A stretch of DNA of 64,000 nucleotides from positions 25,282-89,281 of the forward strand of contig CABZTG010000002.1 of assembly GCA_902528645.1 (NCBI GenBank). The letters run 5' to 3'. This DNA comes from an uncultured Pelagibacteraceae bacterium (GTDB lineage: Bacteria > Pseudomonadota > Alphaproteobacteria > Pelagibacterales > Pelagibacteraceae). The stretch's first letter is position 1; each line of letters starts with the position of its first letter. Positions 1 to 10,812 of the stretch are shown here, piece by piece. The notes under the pieces were generated by a model that had not been told where the DNA came from, made no database searches, and saw nothing but the letters and a program-made list of their open reading frames with translations. The translations under genes and the position numbers were made by a program.

Positions 1-1866
1 ATTATGAGAGATGTATTTACCATGGGAGCAAGACCGATAGCTAATTTGAATTCGATACATTTTGGATCTCCACAACATAAAAAAACAAAAAATCTCTTAC
101 GAGGAGTTGTACATGGTATTGGCGGCTACGGAAATTGTATGGGTGTGCCAACCATAGCTGGACAGACCTCATTTGATAGTTCTTACAACGGAAATATTCT
201 GGTAAATGCAATGACACTTGGTTTAGTAAAAAAAAATAAGATTTTTTACTCAAAGGCTGCAGGTTTAAATAAACCTGTGATTTATGTGGGTTCAAAAACT
301 GGTAGAGATGGAATTCATGGAGCAAGTATGGCTTCAGCTAGTTTTGATGAGAAGATTGAAGAAAAAAAACCAACTGTGCAAGTTGGTGACCCTTTTACTG
401 AAAAACTTTTGTTAGAGGCATGTTTAGAATTGATGGCTGGCGATTCAATTATTGCCATTCAAGACATGGGGGCTGCTGGTCTTACTTCGTCGAGTATTGA
501 AATGGCATCAAAAGGAAATTTAGGCATTGAGATTGATTTAAATAAAGTCCCATGCAGAGAGACTAAAATGACTCCATACGAAATTATGTTATCTGAAAGC
601 CAAGAACGAATGTTGATAGTTTTAGAAAATGGCAAAGAGGAAATTGCAAAAAAAATATTTGATAAATGGAATTTAGATTTTGCAGTAATTGGAAAAACAA
701 CAAACTCAAAAAATATCGAATTATTTTTTAATCAAGAGCAAGTGGCAAAAATACCTGTTAATATTCTTGTTGAAAATTCTCCAATGTACGATCGTAAGTG
801 GAAAAAATCAAAGTTGCCCAAAAAAAATAAAATTAAAAATGAAGTTTTAAATAAATTTAAGATCAAGGATGTACTAAAGAAGATTTTATCTAATCAAAAT
901 ATCTGTAGCAAGGAATGGATCTGGCAACAATATGATCATACAGTTATGGGTGATACTATTCAAAAACCAGGTGGAGACTCTGGTGTTGTAAGAGTACATG
1001 GAACAAACAAAGCTGTGGCAGCATCAGTGGACTCCTCAGCAGTATATTGTTGGGCTCACCCATTAACAGGTGGTAAACAAGTCGTAGCGGAGAGTTGGAG
1101 AAATTTAATTTCAGTTGGAGCAAAACCGATCGCTATCACAAATTGTTTAAATTTTGGAAGTCCTGAAAAAGAGGACAACATGGGTGAGTTTGTTGAATGC
1201 GTTCAAGGTATTGGTGAAGCTAGTAAATATTTAAATTTCCCTGTGGTATCTGGTAATGTATCTTTTTACAATCAAACCAAAGAAGTTGGAATCAAACCAA
1301 CACCATCAATTGGTGGTGTGGGTCTCATAAAGGATTATAAAAAAATGATTTCAATGGATTTAAAAGAAGTTGATAATTTAGTTTTAATCATTGGTAAAAC
1401 TGAAGGGCATATTGACCAAAGTTTGTTTGCCAGAACAATTTTAGATGAAAAAAATGGACCTCCACCAGAGGTAAATCTTTTCAACGAAAAAAATAATGGA
1501 GAGTCAATATTAAATTTAATTGATAAAGGGTATGTCAAAAGTGCTCACGACATATCTTTAGGAGGTCTATTAGTTGCTATAAGTAAAATGTGCATTAAAG
1601 GTAATAAGGGAATTAAGATTAGCAAGCCAAAAAGTTTAATTAACGAAATTGAATATTTTTTTGCAGAAGATCAAGGCAGGTATTTAATAGAAATAAATAA
1701 AGAAGATTTAAAAGAGGTAACAAAAATTTTAGACAAAAACTCTGTGCATCATGAAGAATTTGGTATTATCTCAAAAAACGATATGATTATTAATGAAAAG
1801 ACAAAACTTACAATTGACGAATTAAAGTCTTATTATACAAATTGGTTAACAAAGTATATGAGTTAA
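1..1866 (+). CDS. purL: Phosphoribosylformylglycinamidine synthase subunit PurL (5'-truncated by window edge)
   Basis: Motifs RDVFTMGARP, GRDGIHGA, QVGDPF, QDMGAAG, MLSESQERM, SGNVSFYN; frame is open from base 1. Confidence 0.97.
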   Translation: MMRDVFTMGARPIANLNSIHFGSPQHKKTKNLLRGVVHGIGGYGNCMGVPTIAGQTSFDSSYNGNILVNAMTLGLVKKNKIFYSKAAGLNKPVIYVGSKTGRDGIHGASMASASFDEKIEEKKPTVQVGDPFTEKLLLEACLELMAGDSIIAIQDMGAAGLTSSSIEMASKGNLGIEIDLNKVPCRETKMTPYEIMLSESQERMLIVLENGKEEIAKKIFDKWNLDFAVIGKTTNSKNIELFFNQEQVAKIPVNILVENSPMYDRKWKKSKLPKKNKIKNEVLNKFKIKDVLKKILSNQNICSKEWIWQQYDHTVMGDTIQKPGGDSGVVRVHGTNKAVAASVDSSAVYCWAHPLTGGKQVVAESWRNLISVGAKPIAITNCLNFGSPEKEDNMGEFVECVQGIGEASKYLNFPVVSGNVSFYNQTKEVGIKPTPSIGGVGLIKDYKKMISMDLKEVDNLVLIIGKTEGHIDQSLFARTILDEKNGPPPEVNLFNEKNNGESILNLIDKGYVKSAHDISLGGLLVAISKMCIKGNKGIKISKPKSLINEIEYFFAEDQGRYLIEINKEDLKEVTKILDKNSVHHEEFGIISKNDMIINEKTKLTIDELKSYYTNWLTKYMS

Positions 1867-1868
1867 AA

Positions 1869-2099
1869 ATGGCAATGGATTTAAAAGAAATCGAAAAATA
1901 TATCAAAGAAGCAATGCCAGATGCTGTAATAGATATTCAAGATCTGGCTGGAGATGGCAATCATTATTCAGCAACTATAACCTCTTCTCAATTTGCAGGT
2001 AAAAGTAAAATTGAACAACATAAAATGGTTTATAATTCATTAAAAGGTAAGATGGGAAATGAACTACACGCTTTAGCAATTAAAACAAAGGAACAATAA
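1869..2099 (+). CDS. bolA: BolA/IbaG family protein
   Basis: GDGNHY, QHKMVY and ELHALAI motifs; purL-bolA-grxD synteny; ATG at 1869 preferred over 1842, which lies inside purL. Confidence 0.92.
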   Translation: MAMDLKEIEKYIKEAMPDAVIDIQDLAGDGNHYSATITSSQFAGKSKIEQHKMVYNSLKGKMGNELHALAIKTKEQ

Positions 2100-2431
2100 T
2101 GGATGATCAAACAAAAAGTTTAATTCAAAATCATATTGATACTAATGATGTGTGCCTTTTTATGAAAGGTACTCCAGATCAACCACAATGTGGTTTTTCA
2201 ATGACTGTCTCAAATATACTTAAAATGTTAGAAATAAATTTTAAGGGTGTAAATGTATTAGAAGATCAATCTTTGAGAGATGGAATTAAAGTCTTTAGTG
2301 ATTGGCCAACAATCCCTCAACTTTATATTAAAAAAGAGTTTATAGGTGGGTGTGATATCATCAAAGAAATGTATGAGAGCGGAGAATTAAAGAAAGTATG
2401 TGATGATAAAGGTATTAATTATAAAAAATAA
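2099..2431 (+). CDS. grxD: Monothiol glutaredoxin (Grx4)
   Basis: FMKGTP..PQCGFS, WPTIPQLY, GGCDI. Confidence 0.96.
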   Translation: MDDQTKSLIQNHIDTNDVCLFMKGTPDQPQCGFSMTVSNILKMLEINFKGVNVLEDQSLRDGIKVFSDWPTIPQLYIKKEFIGGCDIIKEMYESGELKKVCDDKGINYKK

Positions 2432-2434
2432 TTA

Positions 2435-3052
2435 TTATCTAGAGTAATATTCAATTACTAAATTTGGCTCCATAACAACTGGATATGGCACTTCCTCAAA
2501 TTTAGGTATTCTAACAAACTTAAATTTTTTATTTTTTTCATCCATCTGAATATATTCTGGAGCTTCTCTTTCTTTGCTTGCTAGAGCAATGTCGATTATT
2601 GCAAGCTGTTTAGATTTATCTCTGATTTCTATAGTGTCCTCTTCTCTAACAGAATAACTAGATATGTTTACTTTTTTTCCATTAACTTTCACATGTCCAT
2701 GGTTGATTAATTGCCTTGCAGAAAAAATTGTAGTAGCAAACTTTGCTCTATATATCACTGCATCTAATCTTCTTTCCAATAAACCAATTAAGTTTTCACT
2801 TGTATCACCTTTGAGCATGCTAGCTTTTTTATAAATATTTCTAAATTGTCTTTCATTAATATTTCCGTAATAAGCTTTTAATTTTTGTTTTGCTTGTAAC
2901 TGAATTCCATAATCTGATGGTTTTGAGGTTTTGGTCTGACCATGTTGGCCAGGTCCATATGCTCTTGTATTAAACGGACTTTTAGGTCTTCCCCAAAGAT
3001 TTACTTTTAATCTTCTGTCAACTTTATGTTTAGAGTTTAATCTTTTTGTCAT
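2435..3052 (-). CDS. rpsD: 30S ribosomal protein S4
   Basis: [20 protein letters not shown] and LVIEYYSR. Confidence 0.98.
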   Translation of the reverse strand: MTKRLNSKHKVDRRLKVNLWGRPKSPFNTRAYGPGQHGQTKTSKPSDYGIQLQAKQKLKAYYGNINERQFRNIYKKASMLKGDTSENLIGLLERRLDAVIYRAKFATTIFSARQLINHGHVKVNGKKVNISSYSVREEDTIEIRDKSKQLAIIDIALASKEREAPEYIQMDEKNKKFKFVRIPKFEEVPYPVVMEPNLVIEYYSR

Positions 3053-3064
3053 TTAATAGAGGGC

Positions 3065-3092
3065 TTTATAAACTTACTCATTATTTTGTCAA
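3065..3092 (-). promoter_or_regulatory. Putative sigma70 promoter of rpsD
   Basis: Minus strand reads TTGACA-N16-TATAAA, ending 12 nt before the ATG; no SD visible. Confidence 0.55.
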
Positions 3093-3806
3093 TCAACGTT
3101 TTTTACCCAAACTTGCAAATACACCAGATAATATACGTGTTTCTTTATCAGATAAGTCCATTTTATAAAAAATGTTTCTTAGGTTTTCTAACATTTTTGG
3201 CCTCTTCTCTTTAGGTCTAAAAAAATTTATTTCATCTAAATTTTTAATGCAAAGGCCTAACATTGATTGAATTTCTTTTTTGCTCGCCGATTTAACCTTT
3301 TTTGATTTTTTAAACGGAATATTTTTTAATTTGATAAGACTGGCTACATATTGAGCAATTATGATCAAGCTATGAGATAAATTTAAAGATTTGAAATCAG
3401 GATTAGTAGGTATTTGCAAAGTGTAATTTGCATAACTCACCTCCTCATTTGATAAGCCTGATGCTTCTGACCCAAATAAAAACCCAACTCTCTTCTTAAA
3501 ATTAATCTTTTTTAAATCTTCTAAATTAATATGTTTTATATTCTTATTTCTAAATCTTGCCGAAGTGGCAATTAAAATATCAATCTTTCCTAAAGCTTTT
3601 TCTAAATTATCATGTTTTTTACTTTGATTAATGATGTCTTTTGCTCCGACAGATGTTGCTAAGATTTTATCATTAGGGAAGATGGGTTTTGGATTAATTA
3701 AAACTAATTTTTTAAAATTAAAATTTTTTATAGCCCTAGCACATGCACCAATGTTTTCTGATAATTGAGGTTTATGTAAAATAAAAGTGATGTTTTTTTC
3801 ACTCAT
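3093..3806 (-). CDS. trmJ: SPOUT RNA methyltransferase, TrmJ/LasT family
   Basis: ENIGACARA, FGSEASGL, SLNLSHS. Confidence 0.88.
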   Translation of the reverse strand: MSEKNITFILHKPQLSENIGACARAIKNFNFKKLVLINPKPIFPNDKILATSVGAKDIINQSKKHDNLEKALGKIDILIATSARFRNKNIKHINLEDLKKINFKKRVGFLFGSEASGLSNEEVSYANYTLQIPTNPDFKSLNLSHSLIIIAQYVASLIKLKNIPFKKSKKVKSASKKEIQSMLGLCIKNLDEINFFRPKEKRPKMLENLRNIFYKMDLSDKETRILSGVFASLGKKR

Positions 3807-5407
3807 TATTTACTAGCAGGAGCATTATCCTTAAATAGTTTATAATCTAAGCTATCAATTAATGCTTTGAACGAAGCATCGATAATGTTGGTAGATACAC
3901 CAATAGTAAACCAATTCTTTCCTTTTGAATCTGTGCTTTCAATAGACACTCTAGTAACTGCCTCTGTTCCTGTATTTAAAATTCTTACTTTGTAATCAAC
4001 AAGTTTTAAATCTTTTAGATATTTTGAATATTTTGCAAGTTTATCAACGTTTTGTCTAATAGCATTATCTAATGCATTTACTGGTCCATTCCCCTCTCCC
4101 TCACACATAATTTTTTCTCCATCAACTTCTAATTGAGCTTTTGCAGAGGAAACTATTTCTCCAGACTTATTTTTTTTAACAGACACGTCATATTCATTAA
4201 TTGAAATATATCTTGGTATTTCTCCAATAATTCTTCTAGCTAGTAATTCAAAAGAGGCGTCAGCCCCATCATAACTATAACCAATAAATTCTCGATCCTT
4301 GACTTCGTCTAGTAGTTTTTTGATTTTTGGATCACTTTCCTCAATATTAATTTTGATACTTTTTAGTCTAGATATAATATTTGATTTTCCAGATTGATCT
4401 GAAACAACAATATTTCTTGTATTACCAACCTCTTCTGGATCGATATGTTCATAAGTTTTTGGATCTTTTTGTACAGCGGATACATGCAATCCTCCTTTAT
4501 GTGAAAATGCTGCAGCACCAACATAAGGTAAATGCTGATTAGGTTTTCTATTTAAAATTTCATCTAATAATCTTGAACATTCAGTTAAATTTTTAATGTT
4601 TTCTGATTTGATACTGATTTCAAATTGCGATGAAAAATCTTTTTTCAAAAAAAAAGTTGGAATTAATGACATTAAATTTGCATTACCACATCTTTCACCT
4701 AAACCATTGATTGTTCCTTGGATTTGTCTCACTCCAGATAATACTGCAGCTAATGAATTTGCAACTGCATTGCCAGTATCGTTATGTGCATGGATTCCCA
4801 GGTTCTTTCCTGGAACAACTTTAGAAACTTCGGTAATTATTTTTGTAACTTCGTGAGGCAATGTTCCTCCATTCGTATCACATAAAACGATCCATCTTGC
4901 ACCTTGATCATATGCAGCCTTTATACAAGACAATGCATATTTTGGATTTGCTTTGTAACCATCAAAAAAATGCTCTGCATCAAACATGAACTCTTTTTTT
5001 GCTTTTACAAAATGTTTAGCGCTTTCAGAAATATTTTCTAAATTTTCCTCATTTGTTATTCCTAAAGCTACATCAACATGAAAATCCCAGGACTTTCCTA
5101 CCAAACAAACAGCAGAGGTATTTGAATTCATGAGTGCTGATAAACCAGTATCATTTTCTGCACTTCTTCCAGATCTTTTAGTCATCCCAAAAGATGTTAG
5201 CTTTGAGTTTTTAAAATTATGTTTCTTTTGAAAAAATTCTGTATCTGTTGGATTAGCACCAGGCCATCCTGCTTCAATATAATCAACACCTAAATTATCT
5301 AAAGCTGAGGCGATTTTTTCTTTATCCTCCAAAGAAAAGTCAACACCCTGAGTTTGAGCTCCATCTCTAAGAGTTGTATCAAATATGTATAATCTTTCTT
5401 TGCTCAT
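3806..5407 (-). CDS. cimA: Citramalate synthase (DRE-TIM family)
   Basis: DTTLRDGAQ, FDAEHFFDG, CDTNGG, HAHND, GLGERCGN, HKGGLH, DYKVRIL; typical cysS-cimA pairing. Confidence 0.92.
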   Translation of the reverse strand: MSKERLYIFDTTLRDGAQTQGVDFSLEDKEKIASALDNLGVDYIEAGWPGANPTDTEFFQKKHNFKNSKLTSFGMTKRSGRSAENDTGLSALMNSNTSAVCLVGKSWDFHVDVALGITNEENLENISESAKHFVKAKKEFMFDAEHFFDGYKANPKYALSCIKAAYDQGARWIVLCDTNGGTLPHEVTKIITEVSKVVPGKNLGIHAHNDTGNAVANSLAAVLSGVRQIQGTINGLGERCGNANLMSLIPTFFLKKDFSSQFEISIKSENIKNLTECSRLLDEILNRKPNQHLPYVGAAAFSHKGGLHVSAVQKDPKTYEHIDPEEVGNTRNIVVSDQSGKSNIISRLKSIKINIEESDPKIKKLLDEVKDREFIGYSYDGADASFELLARRIIGEIPRYISINEYDVSVKKNKSGEIVSSAKAQLEVDGEKIMCEGEGNGPVNALDNAIRQNVDKLAKYSKYLKDLKLVDYKVRILNTGTEAVTRVSIESTDSKGKNWFTIGVSTNIIDASFKALIDSLDYKLFKDNAPASK

Positions 5408-6750
5408 TTAAATTTCCAGAGTGTTTTACCATCTTTGTCTTCTATTAAAACACCTTTGTCATAAAGTTCATCTCTAATTCTATCTGCTTCTTTATAATTC
5501 TTATTTTCTCTAGCTTTATCTCTTAAACTAAGCATATTTTTAATTTCAGACTCACTAATAGATGCTTTATTCTTTTTAAATTCATTCCATTGCTCAGTAC
5601 TTTCATTCATCAAACCTATAAATTGGCATGCCGATATGAATAAGTCTTTACCTTCACCTTTAGTGGCTTTTTCAAATAAATTGTGAAGGTTTGCAATATA
5701 ACCAGGTGTGTTCAAATCTTCATATAATGGCTTTAAAATTTTATCTGGAACTTTAATTGATTTTAAATCAGATGAATAGACTCTGTACCATTTATCTAAA
5801 GTATTTTCACAATCACTTAATAACTTATCATTCCAATCAAGTGGCTGTTTGTAATGTGTACTCATTAGAGCCAATCTAATAATCTGACCACTAATCTTAT
5901 TTCTAAAATCTTTAATCTTTAAGATATTTCCTTGGGACTTAGCCATTTTCTCATTAGACATTGTGATAAAGGCGTTATGGATCCAATATTTTGCAAAAAC
6001 TTTTGTTTCATTTGCACATCTAGATTGAGCAATTTCATTTTCGTGATGTGGAAAAATTAAATCTATACCACCCCCGTGAATATCAAATTCATTGCCCAAA
6101 AATTTTTTGGACATTGCAGAACATTCTAAATGCCAACCAGGTCTACCTTTTCCCCAGGGAGACTCCCAGTAAGGTTCACCATCAGTTGACGGTTTCCATA
6201 AAACAAAATCTTCAGAATTTTTTTTATTTTCACTAATTTCTATTCTTGATCCAGCAATCAATTCATCTAAATTTTTATTTGATAATTTTCCATAATCAGA
6301 AAATTTTTTTACTTCAAAATAGACATGTTTTTGATTTTCATAAGCAAAATCTTTTTTAATTAATTCAGTTATCATCTCTATCATTAGGTCTATATGTTCT
6401 GTTGCTCTAGGTTGGTAAGTTGGATTTTCACAATTTAAAAATTCACAATCTTTTAGGAAACTTGATGTTATTTTTTCCGTAAGTTCTTTTGTGGAAATTT
6501 TTTGTTCTTGAGACGATTTGATAATTTTATCATCGATATCAGTTATATTCCTAACATAAGTTACTTTTGAATAATTGTTTTTAAGTAATTTAAATAAGAT
6601 ATCAAAAACAACTAAAGGTCTTGCGTTACCAATATGTGGATCATCATAAACAGTCGGACCACAAACATACATTCCTATTTTTTCTTTATCTTTTGGAATG
6701 AATAGCTCTTTTTTATTTGTTAAATTATTTGTTAAAAAAATATTCATCAT
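5404..6750 (-). CDS. cysS: Cysteinyl-tRNA synthetase
   Basis: CGPTVY, HIGN, GRPGWHLEC, HGGGIDLIFPHHENE, KMAKS. Confidence 0.98.
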   Translation of the reverse strand: MMNIFLTNNLTNKKELFIPKDKEKIGMYVCGPTVYDDPHIGNARPLVVFDILFKLLKNNYSKVTYVRNITDIDDKIIKSSQEQKISTKELTEKITSSFLKDCEFLNCENPTYQPRATEHIDLMIEMITELIKKDFAYENQKHVYFEVKKFSDYGKLSNKNLDELIAGSRIEISENKKNSEDFVLWKPSTDGEPYWESPWGKGRPGWHLECSAMSKKFLGNEFDIHGGGIDLIFPHHENEIAQSRCANETKVFAKYWIHNAFITMSNEKMAKSQGNILKIKDFRNKISGQIIRLALMSTHYKQPLDWNDKLLSDCENTLDKWYRVYSSDLKSIKVPDKILKPLYEDLNTPGYIANLHNLFEKATKGEGKDLFISACQFIGLMNESTEQWNEFKKNKASISESEIKNMLSLRDKARENKNYKEADRIRDELYDKGVLIEDKDGKTLWKFK

Positions 6751-6798
6751 TGATGATTAAGAAATATACCTTATTTGGGGATTTGTTAATCTAATTGA

Positions 6799-7536
6799 TT
6801 AACTAGGAATCTTGCAAACTGGAATAGGCTCCATTTTATGCAAGTTTTGATTTCTAATTTTTTCGTATTGGTCTCTATGTGGTGAGTTTGGGTTACTCAT
6901 TGCATCTTCTAATTCACTATAATTAAATCCTAATTGACCCTCGTCTGTTCTGCCATCATCCCATAAACCATCAGTGGGAGGAGCATCAATTATTTCTTTC
7001 ATTATTCCAAGTTCTTTACCTAATTCCCATACTTCTGTTTTGTTACAATCTGCTATTGGAGAAATATCAACACCTCCATCACCATATTTTGTATAAAAAC
7101 CAACACCAAAATCCTCAACTTTATTTCCAGTTCCAACAACAATACCTTTATTAGCTGCAGCAACTTGGTAAAGAGTTGTCATTCTTAACCTTGCTCTAGA
7201 ATTGGCATAGCCATGTTCATTATCAAATTTATTTAATGTAGATGAAAATGTTTCAAATAATTTATCTAAACTTATTGTATGGGCCTCAACATTTTTAAAT
7301 TTTTTCGTTAACCACTCTTGGTGTTTTAAGCTTAAATCATGCTGATTTTCTTTTTGTTTAATTGGCATAGTTAAAACAATTGTTTTTAAACCTGTCATTG
7401 CGCTTAAAGTACTTGAGACAGAGGAATCAATACCTCCTGAGATACCAATTACTAAAGAGTTAGCTTTATTTGGCATTTGATCAACATAGCTTTTGATCCA
7501 ATTTGATATATATTTTATTTTTTCAGCAGGACTCAT
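6799..7536 (-). CDS. nadE: NH3-dependent NAD+ synthetase (single domain)
   Basis: SGGIDS PP-loop, ARLRM, GFYTKYGDG; no glutaminase domain. Confidence 0.95.
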   Translation of the reverse strand: MSPAEKIKYISNWIKSYVDQMPNKANSLVIGISGGIDSSVSSTLSAMTGLKTIVLTMPIKQKENQHDLSLKHQEWLTKKFKNVEAHTISLDKLFETFSSTLNKFDNEHGYANSRARLRMTTLYQVAAANKGIVVGTGNKVEDFGVGFYTKYGDGGVDISPIADCNKTEVWELGKELGIMKEIIDAPPTDGLWDDGRTDEGQLGFNYSELEDAMSNPNSPHRDQYEKIRNQNLHKMEPIPVCKIPS

Positions 7537-7574
7537 GGTTTTTATTTAATCTATATTGATTTGAAAACAATAGT

Positions 7575-8960
7575 CTAAGATGCCGCTTGAATAGCATTTC
7601 TCGAATAGCTGCTATTCTTTTTAATCTCGTCTGAAATTAAAAATGCCAATTCAATTGCTTGATCAGAATTTAATCTAGGATCACAATGTGTGTGATATCT
7701 GCTCGATAAGTCTGCATCAGATATTTTTCTAGCACCCCCAGTACATTCAGTCACATCTTGTCCAGTCATTTCAACATGCAATCCACCAGCATAAGAACCT
7801 TCTGATTGATGTACAGCAAAAACATTCTTAACTTCACTAACAACATCGTTAAAAGGTCTTGTTTTAAAACCAGTTGTTGATTTAATCGTATTACCATGCA
7901 TCGGATCACATGACCAAACAACATTTAAACCTTCTTTTTTAATTCCTCTAATTAATTTAGGTAAAAATTTCTCAACATTTTTATGACCAAATCTGGATAT
8001 TAATGTAATTTTACCCTTATCGTTATTTGGGTTAATCAATTCACAAATTTTTGCAATTTCATCTGGCTTGGAGGTTGGTCCACATTTTATTCCTATAGGA
8101 TTTTCAATACCTTTACAAAATTCTACATGACCACCATCAATCTGTCTAGTTCTGTCTCCAATCCAAACAAAGTGAGCTGATGTATCGTGATATTCTCCAG
8201 TAGTAGAATCAATCCTAGTCATACTTTCTTCAAAAGGTAAATGTAAAGCTTCATGTGACGTCCAGAAATTAACTGTGTATAATCTATTATTAAAATCTGA
8301 AGTTATTCCACAAGCTTCCATAAATGCTAAAGCATCAGCTATTTTATCTTCTAATTCTTTAAATTTTTTAGCTTGAGGACTTTTCTTGATATAATCTAAA
8401 TTCCATAAATGGACTTTATTTAAATCTGCAAAACCTCCTTTAGAAAAAGCTCGTAAAATATTTAAGGTTGAAGCAGATTGCGAATAAGCTTTAAACATCC
8501 TTTTTGGATCTGGTCTTCTTGCTTTTTCAGTAAAATCAATTGCATTTATATTGTCACCTAAATAACTTGGTAATTCTTTACCACCCTGTATTTCAGTAGG
8601 GGCACTTCTTGGTTTTGAAAACTGACCAGCTATTCTTCCAAGTTTAACAACCGGTAAAGATGCTGAATAAGTTAAAACTAATGACATTTGAAGAATAACT
8701 TTAAATGTATCTCTAATATTATCTGGATGAAATTCTGCAAAACTTTCTGCACAATCTCCACCTTGTAATAAAAAGGCTTTTCCATCCACAACTTCAGCAA
8801 GTTGTTGTTTCAAATGTCTTGTTTCACCGGCAAAAACCAAAGGTGGAAAAGTTTTGATTTTATTTAAAACTTGATCCAATTCTTTTTTATCCGGATATTC
8901 CGGAATATGTTTTACAGGATATTTTCTCCAACTATTAACTTTCCAATTTTTCATTTTCAA
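7575..8960 (-). CDS. Class II DAHP synthase
   Basis: QGGDCAESF, RIAGQFSKPRS, WIGDRTR, CDPMHGNT, CDPRLN; start is TTG at 8960 or ATG at 8954. Confidence 0.95.
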   Translation of the reverse strand: MKMKNWKVNSWRKYPVKHIPEYPDKKELDQVLNKIKTFPPLVFAGETRHLKQQLAEVVDGKAFLLQGGDCAESFAEFHPDNIRDTFKVILQMSLVLTYSASLPVVKLGRIAGQFSKPRSAPTEIQGGKELPSYLGDNINAIDFTEKARRPDPKRMFKAYSQSASTLNILRAFSKGGFADLNKVHLWNLDYIKKSPQAKKFKELEDKIADALAFMEACGITSDFNNRLYTVNFWTSHEALHLPFEESMTRIDSTTGEYHDTSAHFVWIGDRTRQIDGGHVEFCKGIENPIGIKCGPTSKPDEIAKICELINPNNDKGKITLISRFGHKNVEKFLPKLIRGIKKEGLNVVWSCDPMHGNTIKSTTGFKTRPFNDVVSEVKNVFAVHQSEGSYAGGLHVEMTGQDVTECTGGARKISDADLSSRYHTHCDPRLNSDQAIELAFLISDEIKKNSSYSRNAIQAAS

Positions 8961-8989
8961 CTCAAGATTGTTGTATCAGAATTTTTCTA

Positions 8990-10810
8990 TTATTCAACGG
9001 TTACTGACTTTGCTAAATTTCTAGGTTTATCAATGTCATACCCTTTTTTTAGGGCTGAATAATAAGCTAATTTTTGTAAAGGAATGGTCAAAAGAAAAGG
9101 TAGTAGATCTTCATTAGTGCTTTCAACTTCGATTTTCTCCCAAATATTTTCTGAAATTACTTCATCTTTACTTTTATTTGTGATTAACAAAACTTTAGCT
9201 CCCCTTGCAATTACCTCCTGCATATTTGAAATCGTTTTTTTATAATAATTATCTCTTGGAGCCAAAACTACAACTGGCATGCCCTCCTCTATTAATGCAA
9301 GAGGTCCATGTTTCATCTCACCAGCAGGATAACCTTCGGCGTGAATGTATGATAATTCTTTTAGTTTTAATGCACCCTCAAGAGCAATTGGATAAGAAAA
9401 ACCCCGTCCCAAAAACATAGAGCCCTTTGCCTCATTAAAGGTATTTGAAATTGTTTGTATTTTGTTATCAATCAATAATGTTTGCTCAACAAGTTTTGGT
9501 AAATTTTTAAGATCGTCAATTTTTTTGTCAAATTTAGCTTTTTCGATATCCTTTCTCAATAAAGCAAGTTTCAAGGCTAAAATATATAAAATTAATATTT
9601 GTCCAAGAAATGCTTTGGTTGAAGCAACACCTATTTCAGTCCCACAATGTATTGGTAATACAAATTCAGCGTCTCTTGCAATCGAACTTTCTACTACATT
9701 TACGACTGCACACGTTTTAACACCACTTTGTTTACAAAGATCTAAAGCTGCATAAGTATCCGCTGTTTCTCCAGATTGTGATACAAATACATAAAGTGTC
9801 TCTTTTTTGAGTCTATTTTTTCTATATCTAAATTCTGATGCTATATCTATATTAACATCTAATGTTGTTATTTCCTCAAACCAATATTTTGCCATTAAAC
9901 ATGAATGATACGCTGTTCCACATCCAATCAAGGTTATTGATGATATCTCATTACTTTTCCAAGGAAAATTATAAATACTAATATCTTTATTGGACATATC
10001 TATATACTCATTAATACCATTTCTAATTGTGTTTGGTTGCTCCTCAATTTCTTTAGCCATAAAATGTTTATAATCACCTTTGTCGTATTTTTCTTCTGCA
10101 AAGGACAACTCTAAAACTTTTTTATTAATTTTAATTCCTTCCTCGCTAAAAAATTCCACGTGATCTTTTCTAATAATGCAGAATTCACCATCATTTAAAT
10201 ATGTAATTTTATTTGTCATTGATTTAAGCGCATAGGAGTCAGAGCCTAGATAATTTTCATTAGGACCATAACCAACAGCTAATGGTGAACCTCTCCTTGC
10301 ACCAACAATTACATCTGGTTGATCTTTAAAAATAATACCCAATGCAAAGCTTCCATGTAATGACTTCAAAGTTTTTTGAATTGAATTAACAATATTTTCT
10401 GTTTTAAGATTTTCGGTAATTAAATGGACTATTACCTCTGTATCAGTTTGAGATTTAAATTTGTGACCTTTTCCTATTAAAAACTTTTTTAAAATTGTTG
10501 AGTTTTCAATAATTCCGTTATGAACAACTGAAACATTCTGGGAAGAGTGTGGATGAGCATTAATCCTATTAGGAAGCCCATGAGTTGCCCATCGAACATG
10601 ACCAATACCAATAGTTCCCTCCATACTTTGAACTAAGGAATTTTTTTCTAAATTTTCTACTCTACCCTCAGATTTAACTTCATTTATCAATCCATTATTG
10701 AGGGTTGCCATACCAGCTGAGTCATAACCTCTATACTCTAACTTTTTTAAAGAATTGATTATTGTTGCTGATACAGGTTTATTACTGTTAATTCCAATTA
10801 TTCCACACAT
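8990..10810 (-). CDS. glmS: Glutamine--fructose-6-phosphate aminotransferase
   Basis: N-terminal MCGI, EYRGYDSAG, HVRWATHG, SQSGETADT, PRNLAKSVTVE. Confidence 0.98.
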   Translation of the reverse strand: MCGIIGINSNKPVSATIINSLKKLEYRGYDSAGMATLNNGLINEVKSEGRVENLEKNSLVQSMEGTIGIGHVRWATHGLPNRINAHPHSSQNVSVVHNGIIENSTILKKFLIGKGHKFKSQTDTEVIVHLITENLKTENIVNSIQKTLKSLHGSFALGIIFKDQPDVIVGARRGSPLAVGYGPNENYLGSDSYALKSMTNKITYLNDGEFCIIRKDHVEFFSEEGIKINKKVLELSFAEEKYDKGDYKHFMAKEIEEQPNTIRNGINEYIDMSNKDISIYNFPWKSNEISSITLIGCGTAYHSCLMAKYWFEEITTLDVNIDIASEFRYRKNRLKKETLYVFVSQSGETADTYAALDLCKQSGVKTCAVVNVVESSIARDAEFVLPIHCGTEIGVASTKAFLGQILILYILALKLALLRKDIEKAKFDKKIDDLKNLPKLVEQTLLIDNKIQTISNTFNEAKGSMFLGRGFSYPIALEGALKLKELSYIHAEGYPAGEMKHGPLALIEEGMPVVVLAPRDNYYKKTISNMQEVIARGAKVLLITNKSKDEVISENIWEKIEVESTNEDLLPFLLTIPLQKLAYYSALKKGYDIDKPRNLAKSVTVE

Positions 10811-10812
10811 AA

